DNA of 63,413 nucleotides, counting the filler, from Perkinsus olseni (lineage: Eukaryota), in assembly GCA_013115125.1 (NCBI GenBank). It is 46 parts of 46 records of this genome, joined end to end, with 100 filler letters (N's around TTAATTAATTAA, not from the genome) between each part and the next. Parts side by side here need not be neighbours in the genome. Positions count along the whole stretch, not along the records: positions 36,205 to 37,483 come from JABANN010001985.1; positions 37,584 to 38,859 come from JABANN010001986.1; positions 38,960 to 40,234 come from JABANN010001987.1; positions 40,335 to 41,608 come from JABANN010001988.1; positions 41,709 to 42,982 come from JABANN010001989.1; positions 43,083 to 44,354 come from JABANN010001990.1; positions 44,455 to 45,724 come from JABANN010001991.1; positions 45,825 to 47,091 come from JABANN010001992.1; 38 more parts are not named here. The stretch is one strand, 5' to 3'. This document shows, piece by piece, positions 36,206 through 48,557 of the stretch (position 1 is its first letter; every line of letters starts with the position of its first letter). The translations under genes and the position numbers were made by a program. The notes under the pieces were generated by a model. The model worked only from the letters and a program-made list of their open reading frames with translations, was not told the DNA's origin and did not search any database.

Positions 36206-37482
36206 GAAAAAAATAATTTCACCAATTTTTGGACGCCCCGGCAAGCACCCTATGCCTCCCAGCGACATCGACTCCCAGCTGATGCGATCGGAGGACGGGA
36301 CCCTGAGGTTGCGGCAGTCTGCCGAGGCGAAATTTGTTCTCATCTCACAGGATGAGAAAATCTATCATAGCAATGACCAGCTCAGTCGATACTGGTCTGA
36401 TGGGAGCTTCACCAAGCTCCCAGCGAAGTCTGCTGGGAGGACTGTGATGTCGTCGGACTTCCTATCTGAGGTGTACGGACTCATCCGCCATCCAGAAACG
36501 GCAGAGCGTGTTGGTTCGCTCTTAGATGTTGGAACTGACGGTTATTACACCAATGAGCGATGCTTGGCTGACTTTGCCGAATGTAGCAAGGTGGTACGGC
36601 TCCTATCGCAGGGGAAATATAAATGCATCTTCCTTACCGATCACAGCCCTATACATTCAAAATTCGCTCAGAATGCTTTAAATGTCAAAGCGATGAATGT
36701 GAAACCGGGTGGGAAGCAGCCAAAGATGCGTGATGGCTGGTTTATTAGCGATGGCCGACGTGTCGTGCAGGAGATGAATTTCGCTGAGGATCACCCGTTG
36801 TACCCAGGCAAGCCCAAGGGCCTGCGTGAAGTCGTTCGAGAAAGATTTGGTGCATCAGCAATAGTGGGGAAGAGGCATGACGACCTTGTCGCAATGTTGC
36901 AGAGTTGCGATGATTTCGTTAGCCAAAAATCCTTGCTGGAAGAGGAAGCGGTCGCTCGCGGGGATATTATAATTTTTGGGGTCAAGTTCCATCCCGAGCT
37001 GATGCCGATCGAAGCCGCTTACCGAACTATCTCCAAGGCTGTTCGTGTTTCGAATACGACGGGCTCCTCCAGCGGGTTCAAACGGCGTGTAGACGAATGC
37101 CAGCGAACTCCCGAATTGACTCTAGAGCTGATTCGAAAATATTTCCGGTCTGCTAGGGAGTACCTTAGGAATTATAGTGAGGGGAAATCAATGGCTGAGA
37201 TTGAGACTTTGCGGTCGGAGAGGAGGAAGCATCGGGAGCCGGCTGTGCTTCTCAACGAAGGAGCTGCAGACGAAGAAGACAGTCAGTTGTTCAAGAAGGG
37301 CAGATACGATCGAAATAGGCTGGAATAGTTCTGCCGAATCCTGTTTTGTCGATGTACTAATAGTTTTATGTTTCTTCTCGTAGAATGTTTCAGTTTCTGG
37401 GACCAATACCACCTTTCATGAGTTCGTAACCTGGGTGGTGGCACGGGAAACGGGTCCAAAAATTGGTGAAATTATTTTTTTC
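36206..37482 (+). mobile_element. TIR DNA transposon, IS630/Tc1/mariner-like, 29-bp perfect inverted repeats
   Basis: GAAAAAAATAATTTCACCAATTTTTGGAC at 36206-36234 and its reverse complement at 37454-37482; contig ends at both repeats. Confidence 0.85.
36252..37328 (+). CDS. DDE transposase catalytic domain, long D-E spacer (123 aa by manual count)
   Basis: QDEK, MSSDFL, DGYY, FLTDHSPIH, MNVKPGGKQPKMRDG, PKGL, KFHPELMPIE. Confidence 0.85.
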   Translation: MPPSDIDSQLMRSEDGTLRLRQSAEAKFVLISQDEKIYHSNDQLSRYWSDGSFTKLPAKSAGRTVMSSDFLSEVYGLIRHPETAERVGSLLDVGTDGYYTNERCLADFAECSKVVRLLSQGKYKCIFLTDHSPIHSKFAQNALNVKAMNVKPGGKQPKMRDGWFISDGRRVVQEMNFAEDHPLYPGKPKGLREVVRERFGASAIVGKRHDDLVAMLQSCDDFVSQKSLLEEEAVARGDIIIFGVKFHPELMPIEAAYRTISKAVRVSNTTGSSSGFKRRVDECQRTPELTLELIRKYFRSAREYLRNYSEGKSMAEIETLRSERRKHREPAVLLNEGAADEEDSQLFKKGRYDRNRLE

Positions 37483-37823
37483 GNNNNNNNNNNNNNNNNN
37501 NNNNNNNNNNNNNNNNNNNNNNNNNNNTTAATTAATTAANNNNNNNNNNNNNNNNNNNNNNNNNNNNNNNNNNNNNNNNNNNNTGGGAGGGTGCGACCGC
37601 ACCGGGAGATCGCTGAGTGCTTACTCACCCCTTGACTGTGAATGATTTGATGGCCACATTGTTGGTGGGGGGAATACTGCCGGCTGATAAACTTACTCTA
37701 AAGTAACTGTGGCCGGGAAAAGCCCTTCTCGGACTCTCATCTACGCATACTCCCTCTTTGATATCACAACCCTAACAACGAGAAGACGGTAGCACACTTC
37801 CGACGCGTAGCACGCTGGGAAAC

Positions 37824-38437
37824 TTAACTACCCACCAGTTCAGGAAGAGATGTTTCGGTAGAATACTGATTGTAGGCTCTCTCCAGTTTGAGATTGAGGA
37901 TGCTCCAAGCGACGAATGAGTCGCTCCCCAGTACGATTCCGAGGCTCTTCGCATCGTGTTGATATCTTTCCGAAGTCCTGTACATGTATCCACCAAAGAT
38001 TCTCAGAAGGCCCTCGCATGTGGCCTTGTTATCAGGGTAATCAGGAGGGCTCTTCCCTTCCAAGGCACGGAGCATGTCTGATTCCAACAAATCCTGGACC
38101 TCGCTACCAGAGGTTCTCTCCACGGCACCCGTCCTGAAATAAAAGATACTCATTGCTGGCCTGCCGTATCAGGCACCCACTCTGAAGTGTACTCGATAGA
38201 TCTGATACGCGCAACCTTCAAGTTCTGGCCTGGGATTGGCGGTTCTCTGGTTTTTAGTTCGTCAACGAAAGCCTCGACTGTAACGCTTCTGGGATCGTCG
38301 AGATTTGCCCAGCTAACGGTGCAGTGGCGTGGCGCCTCCTCAGAGCTCGCAAGGGTAGGGACGCCGTCATCGACCGTAGAGGTCGCGATAGACCCGAACT
38401 CTGCGAAGATGGCGAAGGCGAGGACTTGATGGAGCAT
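37824..38437 (-). CDS. Lineage-specific secreted-type hypothetical protein, split across two frames
   Basis: Signal-peptide-like MLHQVLAFAIFAEFGSIA; second ORF abuts at 38150-38153. Confidence 0.35.
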
Positions 38438-41400
38438 TGGTTATGCGAAGGAGGGACAGGGCGTCACCAGACAGGTCCGAAACCCACTAATATACACCTC
38501 TTCAGTCTGGAAGCGCTTCCCGTGTACATCCCAAGGTCAATTCTGAGAGCGCAGCCCCTTGCGGGTTCGATCTCGGGGAAAAATAGGAGGGGAAAGCGCT
38601 AATTCCTTAGGAAAAATTTATTATCCTAGCGCGCAGCACGATCTTGATTTTAGGCGAGCGAGTTGTTTTCGAACAGTCGAAGATTCGACACATTGTGGGA
38701 GGGTATTTTTCCGCCGCTTCCTTCGTTTGGATCCTCGACGAGGATCCCTCGTACATGCTTCGTCACAACAGCGTCTTCTCGGCCCGGCCGGTAATGCTCG
38801 GGGCGAGTGGCAGCCGACGGTGGGTCTCAAAGCTCAGTCACAAGTACTCCCGGGAGGTANNNNNNNNNNNNNNNNNNNNNNNNNNNNNNNNNNNNNNNNN
38901 NNNTTAATTAATTAANNNNNNNNNNNNNNNNNNNNNNNNNNNNNNNNNNNNNNNNNNNNTTCGCACGTATAACGAGTGCGTTTGGTTTTGGATTAATTCG
39001 GTTGAAATTCCGGCGCATGATGCGCTGCGCATCGAATACTATTTGTGCCCCACAAGTGTACCTGATGCACTTGATATTCCGGTTGTGATAGCCACCACCA
39101 ATGCTGATGATGCAAAAGTACTTCGTGCCAATTACTCGTGCTGTTTCGGAGGATCACTCAAAGAGACGACCTTGTACGTCTCAGCGAGTGGAACCTCAGC
39201 TCAGCTGACGCTGGTACAGTATAGTCCAGAGCCCGTGAGTGCTTGAATCGGGTCAGATCGCGGCGTTCTCACAAGTCGTGCGCATTTCCAGCCTGGATGT
39301 GATACCTTTTGTTCATTCCTCATACATGCTGTTCTATCGTATTAACCGATTCGGATATTATTGACTTTCATCATCTGTGCAATCTGTGGATCTGATTTGC
39401 CTGACTTCCTCTGGTACTATTATAGGATTAATGGTGAGGATCCGGGTCTCTGACGAGAATTTCCCGCCATAAAAGTGTGAAGAAAGCGGTGAGTGCTGCA
39501 ATTGTATCGATATTGAAGTTCTACTTGATTCGGGTTACCTTCATATCATACGGACCGTATATCACGTCGCATGTTTCTGGCATCAATGAGCTCATCAAAT
39601 GAACTTGAGAAAAACTTCCGGGCCTAGCACGATGAGCACGATCCGCTCAGTTGGGCGAAGCTTCAAGACCCGCTCGAAACCACTATCGTTGCGCGGCTTT
39701 TTGCAGGAATGAGATGTATTAATGAACACTACAGTGGTAATTAAGTTATCCAACTACTGTTGTTCGAAACTTGATGCCGAGGCGGGAGGGATCAGACTGC
39801 TATCGAGAGTGGTAAAGCGCTCCCGTAACTACCGATCAGCAGTATGCCTTACACGGAAGACACGCGCTAAAAAGCGAAACGACAGTTATCAAGACGCAGT
39901 CAGCTCGCTGACTGATGGATTCCATTCTACCACTACGGAAATGCTGGGAAGTCCCCAGCACCAGTGTCCACCATGCGGCTTCAGATAGGACGGGACTAAA
40001 AACTTTTAGTAAAATTGGTCAGAAATTCTCTTCGTCCAAAAATCCGCACTCGAGAATCTCAGCTAAAAAGCAAACCAACAGTGTTGACTAATAGTAAAGT
40101 GCTGCATAGAGCAGAGAAGAGCGGTTCTTGACGGGAAGGTCGAAAGCAATGGTACTCAGAGAGAAACCATGCATCCTCTTCTCTTCAATCAGGCGGATCT
40201 TATCGACAACCTGTTGCTGCGACTCGTATATACANNNNNNNNNNNNNNNNNNNNNNNNNNNNNNNNNNNNNNNNNNNNTTAATTAATTAANNNNNNNNNN
40301 NNNNNNNNNNNNNNNNNNNNNNNNNNNNNNNNNNAAAGAATACTTCATTCCTCACGGTGGAATGTTCAGGTAGATTTGCCGAAGCATCTCTCGCTTTCCT
40401 CGCCACGCCCTTCATGCAGATTTATCTCTCAGATTCATTTCCTGCCCGAACTATTTGGGCGAGATCATGGAGTGATTGGGTTATGCTATGGCCGGTGGCT
40501 GGGGTCTGGCACCAGTTTCCTTTGTAGACTGCGTAGCGTCATATTCAGTGTCACTGAAATATCGGCTCGCGCTGTGGTTCATTTCAGGCTTTCTGCACAT
40601 TCGCCAGCCTTTTCCCGAGAGCTCTCGAGGTACATAAGTGGTATCAAGCTAAATTTGAGGATTACAGCAAGCTCAACCACAAGGCCATTCTGCCGTTTTT
40701 CTTCTGATAATCCCCAAGTTTATTACTAATCATTTGATAACCGAATTTTGATTTTTCTGGCCAGACAGCAGTCGTTACGAGTTCAGATTCCGAAAGAGCA
40801 TTTTGTCGGAGCGTAGCTGAAATTCACTTGCCTAAAGAGGAATGGGAGGACTCAGGCATTTATTCGTCCCCGCGCAATCGATCGCTGACTGACTATCGGC
40901 GTAGCGCCTCGCCGTTGGCGGGCGCATTTTGCGTACCCGTAGGCGGAATTCCATCTTACAAACCGCTCGAATAAGTGCCAGTGGGGTCGGTAACACACGA
41001 GTGGAAGAGAACTCCTTCCCATGGGGTCGAGTCGAAGGGAATCAGACACTCCATCATGAACAGCTGGTTACTTTAATGTCTTTTGAACACCTCATCATCA
41101 GAGTCCCAGCTGCTGCCGCGTTACTGTCTTACTTCCCTCTGGTTACCGCCATAGGTGCAATGGCTCCTGACAATCCCGTTGATGTAAGAGCTTCTTTATC
41201 GGCCAAGCTCTAGTTGAGCCAACTAAGTTGCGTTTTTGTCGCCATGTTAAGTGTCATTCAACACGTGAACTTCAACGAGTTCGCAATAGTGCCTTGCCGT
41301 GCGTCTTTCGCTCTCAGGCATACCCCCCGTGGTGCCGAACCTCTTTTTTCGATACCTTGACAAACACGGCTTTTTGCAGCTACAACAATTTCCTTGACAA

Positions 41401-41879
41401 AAGTCGTACTAGGACTAAGAGCCTCACTATGGCGGTTGAGGATAACATGGTTAATGCAGACGTTGTTGCTTGCCCTGAAGCTAATAGTCGGCCCGCATTC
41501 TACATAACGTAAGTGAGGAATATCTGAGAATCCTTCGTATCAGTAGCGAGTCTCGGAGAATCAGACCCTCTGGCAGATCATCACATGACCCTTTTCCCCG
41601 TGTACAGANNNNNNNNNNNNNNNNNNNNNNNNNNNNNNNNNNNNNNNNNNNNTTAATTAATTAANNNNNNNNNNNNNNNNNNNNNNNNNNNNNNNNNNNN
41701 NNNNNNNNTATATCGCCCGCCTAAGTGTGTAACCGTGAAACCGCCAGATTCCCCATTGCCCCACGGTTACGGATACTAATCCTTTTGCACTTAGTTGTCC
41801 GACTACTTGACATACTCTGCTGGTCTGTGGCCAACTATACTCTGTACTCTTTTAATATGGCACCTCCGGTTGTGTTGCT

Positions 41880-42982
41880 TCATGGCAAGGATATGACATC
41901 CTTGCGTACGATGGTCCATGAGAGATGTGGTAACTCGTGTAGCATCGCCTTAGCATATACCCTGTTCATATTACTGTCGAGAACAGAGCATCCATGAGCA
42001 TAGCTGGAGCTATCGACGAAGACATGTAGAGCTTGATGATCAACTAATCGAGGTACAGGCTTGGGGTTCTTGAGGGCTTGGTAGACTTTGTAGAATTCAC
42101 GATACAATGGGCCTGGTAGTAGTTGATCGAAGGTGATACCACATCGATGAGCATAACAAAGTACAAGTTTGCCACGGAGCACGGTTTCAGCGACGGTTCC
42201 AAGTGGATCATAAATACTGGCAAGCCACGATAGCGCTTCTCGAAGGGTCAGGGGAGAGACGGACTGGAAGTCATTTGAGCTGAGATTAGGGACATCACTC
42301 GACTCTAAATTGATGGGAGGGTCAACATGTTGAAAGACCGGAGACGGTAACTCACGTATAGGAGTAACTTGAAGGCTATCCGTAGGACCATCCCACAGCA
42401 TTCCGAAAGCCTTAACACGACCACTGTGGCCCTCCTGGCATTCCTTGGCAGGATCTAGCCAGAACCCGTGAGAGCCGAAGACTGATCTAGTTTCTACAAC
42501 CACTGTGTCCCTAGTGGTAGAGTCATTGCTACCAACTACTAGATCATCAACGTAATCAACAACAGAGTAGTCATGGGCAACCGCCGTACGACTATGAACT
42601 TCAGCTACCATTTCAGAAGTGCAATAACGTAGTATAGCAGGAGACGGCGGAAGACCCATAACAACGCGATTAAATTGATAATATGCTCCTTCGAAGTAGA
42701 AGGAGACCCAAGGCTTTGACACGGAAACATCGGCAGCAGCGGTTGTTCTCTCTTAGGACCTTGTAGTTAACACGGCGTGGGGTAGACCCAGTAGCAGCAT
42801 CGGCGTTGTTGTTGGTGGCATCGGTTTCTTGGTGATTCCTGTCGGAGGCGTTAATACCAGCCAGAGTCTCAGTGCTGGACTTGAACATATTCTGAGCTAC
42901 AGTAGCTCGGGCACGGTTCCTTAGTAACCTCACCACCTCTTTCGGTTCTCTCTCCTCAGCAACCCATTCTGCAACCCAATCC
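41880..42982 (-). mobile_element. Internally deleted BEL/Pao element: Gag remnant joined to RT C-terminus and Pao RNase H region
   Basis: NRCCRCF remnant, then YQFNRVVMGLPPSP, YVDD, FGMLWD, TLREALSWLASIYDPLG, LHVFVDSS. Confidence 0.88.
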
Positions 42983-43227
42983 NNNNNNNNNNNNNNNNNN
43001 NNNNNNNNNNNNNNNNNNNNNNNNNNTTAATTAATTAANNNNNNNNNNNNNNNNNNNNNNNNNNNNNNNNNNNNNNNNNNNNTAGCCCTTAAAGCCCCAA
43101 GAAATGCCTCCAACTCCGCACCTGTCATCGCCGCAGGATTAACCTCTGCACATGTGGAATAAGCTGGCCCTACCGCTCAACGACTTGCCCTACTTGGACA
43201 TGGGCTAGCTCTTAGCCGACCTCTGAA

Positions 43228-43279
43228 GGTTAAGGGTCTCCAGTGGAGACCCTTAACCGGGTGGAGACTCTCCACCCGG
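43228..43279. repeat. Two overlapping perfect palindromes (15-bp and 11-bp arms, 1-nt centres)
   Basis: GGTTAAGGGTCTCCA-G-TGGAGACCCTTAACC and CCGGGTGGAGA-C-TCTCCACCCGG. Confidence 0.92.
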
Positions 43280-44454
43280 AGACCGGTGAGGGTCCAGCAC
43301 TGCCGAGCTCTCCCTATTCAACTTCGTCTCGGTACGGTTATCGCGGAGCAGGAGCAGGCCTTGCAGTATGCTGAGCTATGCACTCTCGCAATGCGATATA
43401 CACGGACGGCTCGGTGATTTTCGACCGACGAGCGGGTGCCGGTTGTTTGGTCTTTCGCAAGGGAGTCCGGCTTCACACCGCGCTCTGGGGTTTACCGTCC
43501 CTCTCAGCAATGAGATGTGTTGTAAGAAGTGAGACTCACTGGTTACTAGTCTAGGAAGAGCAGTCAAATGAGGCCAGCTATTCTTGTTGGGTGGCTTGGC
43601 GCCCTTTCGGTCTGGGAAATCCTCATAAGATCAAACACACTTATTCCGCCAGGTTCTACCGTAGAACTTCTACGTGAGAAGTCAGTTCTGTGTTATTAAC
43701 TCATACTCAAGTCAACACAAGCAGTTGCACGAAGTGAAATGTAGCTGATAACGCCGAACGGCCGTAGCCACGAAATCGTTCCTGTTGGCAAAGCTGTTGT
43801 GAGAATAACAATGTCAAAGTCACGGAACCTAACTAGGTAGTGAAAGGCCTTTCTGAGCTCCGAAAGGAGTAAAAATGTGCTACAGAACTGGCCGAGCCAC
43901 TTTAACAGAAGCTTTCAACGATTTCCCTACTCGAAAATTGTCTACTACCAAATGGCAAATCTACATCGTGACGAACATCATGACGACTCATCAGTGATGA
44001 GTCATCACTCATGAGGATTCATAACGAACTTTCGAGGACGCCTGCAAGTTGCAGGCTGCACTGCATGCCCTTAAGAATGTGGCTAACGAAAGATGCCGAA
44101 TATCGAAAGCAGTATGAGAAGGCCTATGTATGATTCGATTGATGTACTTTCTTGTTGAAAAGTGGTAACACCACCTCTGAACTGAGTGGTCGCCGTAGTC
44201 GGGGTATTGAAGACTACAGTCCGGCAGTCATCCGTCAACAAGATTATACCGCAAGAGCGTCGGAGGTTGTCTCTGAGTATTTCCCACTTGGAGAGCTTCT
44301 CCACCTCATACTTGCTTTCATCGTAATTGTAGTCGAGATGCGCAGAGATCCTCGNNNNNNNNNNNNNNNNNNNNNNNNNNNNNNNNNNNNNNNNNNNNTT
44401 AATTAATTAANNNNNNNNNNNNNNNNNNNNNNNNNNNNNNNNNNNNNNNNNNNN

Positions 44455-45724
44455 CCAGTCTGACCATTCGACCACCAGTTTCCTCGCTCTTTGTGATTCC
44501 GACGTCAATCCGCGTCGCTCTATAGAAAGCAACGTAATCTCCATCCGGTAGAATCTCCGATGATGGGACGCATGCCTCGGAGTTCGGCTCAGCCTCGCGT
44601 TCCTTTTCATCAACCATTTTGCGGTTATCCGCTGAACCCACATCGGAAGATGGCACGGTTTGGGTCAAGGGTGGGTTCTCTCCCCGAGGCTGGTGAGAAT
44701 GAGGGTATGAGGCCTCGCCACGTGAGGGTTTCGAGAACTTATCGCCAGGGAGGGCGTCGGGCGGGGAGGCGATAACAGCAGTTGAATGACCTGCACCCTT
44801 TGCTTTGCCAAGTTCCACTCGCTGCTTCTTCACGATCTTCACATCTTCCTTGACGGCTTTCTCCTTCCTCTTTTTACTCGAAGAACTCGTCCGAGGCGTG
44901 ATGGCGAGGGCGTCCATCTTATCAGAGTTTTCCTTCCTCTCCGGTCTAGTGAGACGAACAGAACTGTCGGATTCCGTAGGCGGGGAGACGACAGCCGCCC
45001 TAGAATGACCTGCACCTTTTGCTTTGCTAGAATCCATACGTTGCTTCTTCACGACCTTCACATCTTCCTTGACGCCTTCCTTCTTTCTCTTTTTACTCGA
45101 AGAACTCGTCCGAGGCGTGATGGCGAGGCCGTCCATCTTATCAGGGATTTCCTTCCTCTCAGGTTTACTTAGACGGATAATATTAGTGAGATCCGTAACC
45201 ATATTCTTGTTTCGCTTCATGCCAATGACAGCATAGAGACCCCTTTTAGCATTGCAGAAAACCAGCTCCTTGGTGGGCTGCATCGGCTGATCCCTCCCCG
45301 TAAGATTGTACAAGTGTCGTATGAACATGCCCACTTCCGTCGCCCCACGAACTTTATCCGACATGAAATGGAAACACTGTTCCGCTGTATCAGGAAGGTC
45401 GTAATGATCGAGGTCCAGCCTATTCGTGAAAGATTTGTCGTACCACACCAAACGATACTCCTCGCTCATCTTTATAGACTCCTCACCGACCTTCGCCTTC
45501 ACACGAGCCACTTGCTCACCGTCGCGCTCCCAAACTTTCAGTTCGAAGTCCGAGAGCGATCGAATGGTGCGGCACGTTTGACCCTCACCCTGTTTCCTTG
45601 CCTTGTAAGTTCCAGATGGGAGCTGACTTTTTGTGACTGGCCTGAAGATTTTCTGCTTCACTCGGTTCGAGAAGCTCGTTAGTAGGGGAGGGACTGCGCC
45701 ACCCCTCTCCTTAGCTTCCACGGT
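44455..45724 (-). CDS. Lineage-specific hypothetical protein, partial, with 73-aa tandem repeat carrying basic NLS-like motifs
   Basis: Frame open across contig; 219-bp period (GAATGACCTGCACC at 44784 and 45003); KKRK in each copy. Confidence 0.7.
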
Positions 45725-47191
45725 NNNNNNNNNNNNNNNNNNNNNNNNNNNNNNNNNNNNNNNNNNNNTTAATTAATTAANNNNNNNNNNNNNNNNNNNN
45801 NNNNNNNNNNNNNNNNNNNNNNNNGCCCAGGCTCGCTGATGTGTCGCTTGCGCGACAGTTTATGGTTTTTGGCAAACCCGGCGCCTTACCACCGAGAGCG
45901 CGAACGAAAGCGAGAGCAACGGGGAAAAACAATCGTACGTATATATGAACAATGTTCATTGAACAGCATTCATTGAATTATATGTGGAGCAATTAGAGGT
46001 TAACCGGACGTGTACCAGATGCGTCTGATGCACTGCGTCATATGAAGATAATACAGCTTCTGCGCAACATTACGGAGTATATCAAGGCTAAATAGCCATA
46101 GAGGAATGATAATTAATATGCTTTGAAATCAGGTATCGCTGCAGCAGTGTGAAGAATAAGTATACTACACGATTTAAAATTCACTTACGAAATCTGTCAT
46201 TTCAAATCGCTATGACTGAGAACAGATAGTACTATTCACAGAATTGAGATATGCTGCTTAAGGAGTGGAAGTTGAATTGAAGGAAAAATTAAAACACTGT
46301 GAAACGCTACGCTTTGTCAGGGACTCAAAGAGGTGTTCATACCCTACTCGATGGACGGTATAAAACCATATAGTAAATCTGAAATAATACAGTGACTATG
46401 AAAATCTTACTATCAACTTTTTAGTAATCATAATCATTAGTGCTTGTAGTCAGCGTAGTGTGCTCAATACATTGCTTTCAAAACTAGTCGAATGAAGAAC
46501 ATAATATGGATAACTAATCGAATCTGAGCGAATATTGCTATCAACGTCTTGTTCTCTTTGAGGAGGTACCTACTAACAATAATGCTGGTATTTCACACGG
46601 ACTACGCTAACGGAAGACACTGATAAAGACATTTGAAAAGTGGTAGTTGGGAATTGTAGAGAATGGGTACGAATCATATGGAAGCATGAACATGTAGATT
46701 TCATCTGGATGACAAAGAATAAGCGAGACATTTTTCTGCTTCAACGCAACTTAGGTACGTTGGAATACGGAGCTAATGTTTACAGCTATCGTACTATTTG
46801 ACAATGTATACCGAACTGTAGAGATGAAGATATCGAAACTGCATATATTATAATAAACTTCCCTCACACTTACATGATGAAATAGAAATCGATGTTGAGA
46901 TTTTTCACCTCGCCTTTTTCCCTTTTATGCCTATAAAGTTGAAAAATGTAGAGGCATAGAACAACGAAAGTCTCGATATCAGCTACCGTTCATGAAGCGC
47001 GTCAAAGTAAGCTATTACCGAGTGGCCATGTCTAAGAAGTTGAGTTCATCAGCTGAAAGATTATCGGCCGGTGATAAGGCCATTCTCTTTANNNNNNNNN
47101 NNNNNNNNNNNNNNNNNNNNNNNNNNNNNNNNNNNTTAATTAATTAANNNNNNNNNNNNNNNNNNNNNNNNNNNNNNNNNNNNNNNNNNNN

Positions 47192-47260
47192 CATAGCTAC
47201 GCTACGCTGAATGATCGATAGAGCAGATCTTAGTGGTACACAATAATTGTCCCCTTTACA
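47192..47260 (-). repeat. LTR 5' end at a second insertion site
   Basis: 56 bp identical to 34826-34881; ends at the TG terminus; different flank, no PPT. Confidence 0.88.
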
Positions 47261-48081
47261 GCACTGAGGGCAAGACTGAGCCTGAGCGACTGCGCCTAAG
47301 CTAGCCCGAATCGCCTCAGTGAGTTGACTCGTCGACTGAGGCCTTTGTTCTTCAGGCGGAGATTCTTTCCGATGAGCTCCATCCCTTTCGCAGATTTGCG
47401 CCTGCCAGATATTGAGGGCCCAGGGCAAACTCATTGAGACCGTCGGCTATCTCCGGATACTGACATTCAAATTCGGGTTTTAACTTGAAACTTTTAAGCA
47501 CACCATTGCCGTTTCTTTGTGACTGGCCTTCGTGATACGAAGTAACCTCGTCGAAGTTCGTATAGCTCGCTGGTGGATGCCGTGAAATTATGCGTTCACG
47601 ATGCCCACCAAGGAGCGATCAGTGCTTGCAAGGGAAGGCTCCCAGATGCTCGAGATGCTATGACCGAACTGGCGAGGACAAGGAAGTTCCCTCGAGGAAC
47701 TCTAAGGGACTCTTTGCTGTTTCTACCCTTTCAAGAAAAATCTAACAGACAAGTTGTCTGGGACAACGAAAGGGAGCTTGAGGCGGCGTATGAATCCTCT
47801 TGGAGGCATGGTTTCACCCAGGCGTACCCCACGCGCCTCCAGGCGCGTGCCGCTTACCATAGTATCGGCTCAGGCGCGCCAACCACGTCGCCCCTCAGGC
47901 GCGGCCAACGCGCCTGATGGCGCGTGGCCCGGCCGTGGGACATGCGTGCGGCGTGGTTGCCGCGATGCACGCATGCGCGAGTTCAACTACTCATCAAGTA
48001 GTGCTTAACAGTACGAGCTCACCATGGCCGTCGTAACACTACGGTAGGTCGTTGTTATCTTTGTTACCCATCTGAGCAAAT

Positions 48082-48457
48082 ATGCCTGTCGACGCTTTCA
48101 AGAAAATGATGGAGGCTGGTAAACGGCAGAATCGAGCCAGTTCTTCAACAGACCCATATACTGACGATGAGTCTGCCACCCCTCCGGCCCCCAAAGCCCC
48201 GAAGGTGAAGAAGCTGGCGCCGGTGAAGGAGCGTTTTGACTGGCTGATAGAAGTGCAGGGCGACGACGGCAAAGGCCGGTATTTCTGTGCAATTTGTTCG
48301 AGGGACCCCGTGATACTGAAGGCCCTCGGCGAGTCGCCGGAATATTTCAGCAATGTCGGAGTCGAGAAATCGAAAGACCCTGGGCGGAAGGCAGAAGCTC
48401 ATGCTGCCAAAGCCTCTCACCAGAGTGCTCTATCGAGAGCGAAGATAGCTAGCGGGA
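48082..48457 (+). mobile_element. Probable hAT transposase N-terminus (TTF-type zinc finger)
   Basis: FDWL...YFCAIC...F...G...AHAAKASH pattern; GGCGCG-rich short repeats upstream. Confidence 0.55.
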
Positions 48458-48557
48458 NNNNNNNNNNNNNNNNNNNNNNNNNNNNNNNNNNNNNNNNNNN
48501 NTTAATTAATTAANNNNNNNNNNNNNNNNNNNNNNNNNNNNNNNNNNNNNNNNNNNN

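Noticed and set aside
43762-43775. CCGTAGCCA as a Perkinsus/dinoflagellate spliced-leader relic
   Set aside because: Only 9 nt match; the TGGCTCAAG part is absent
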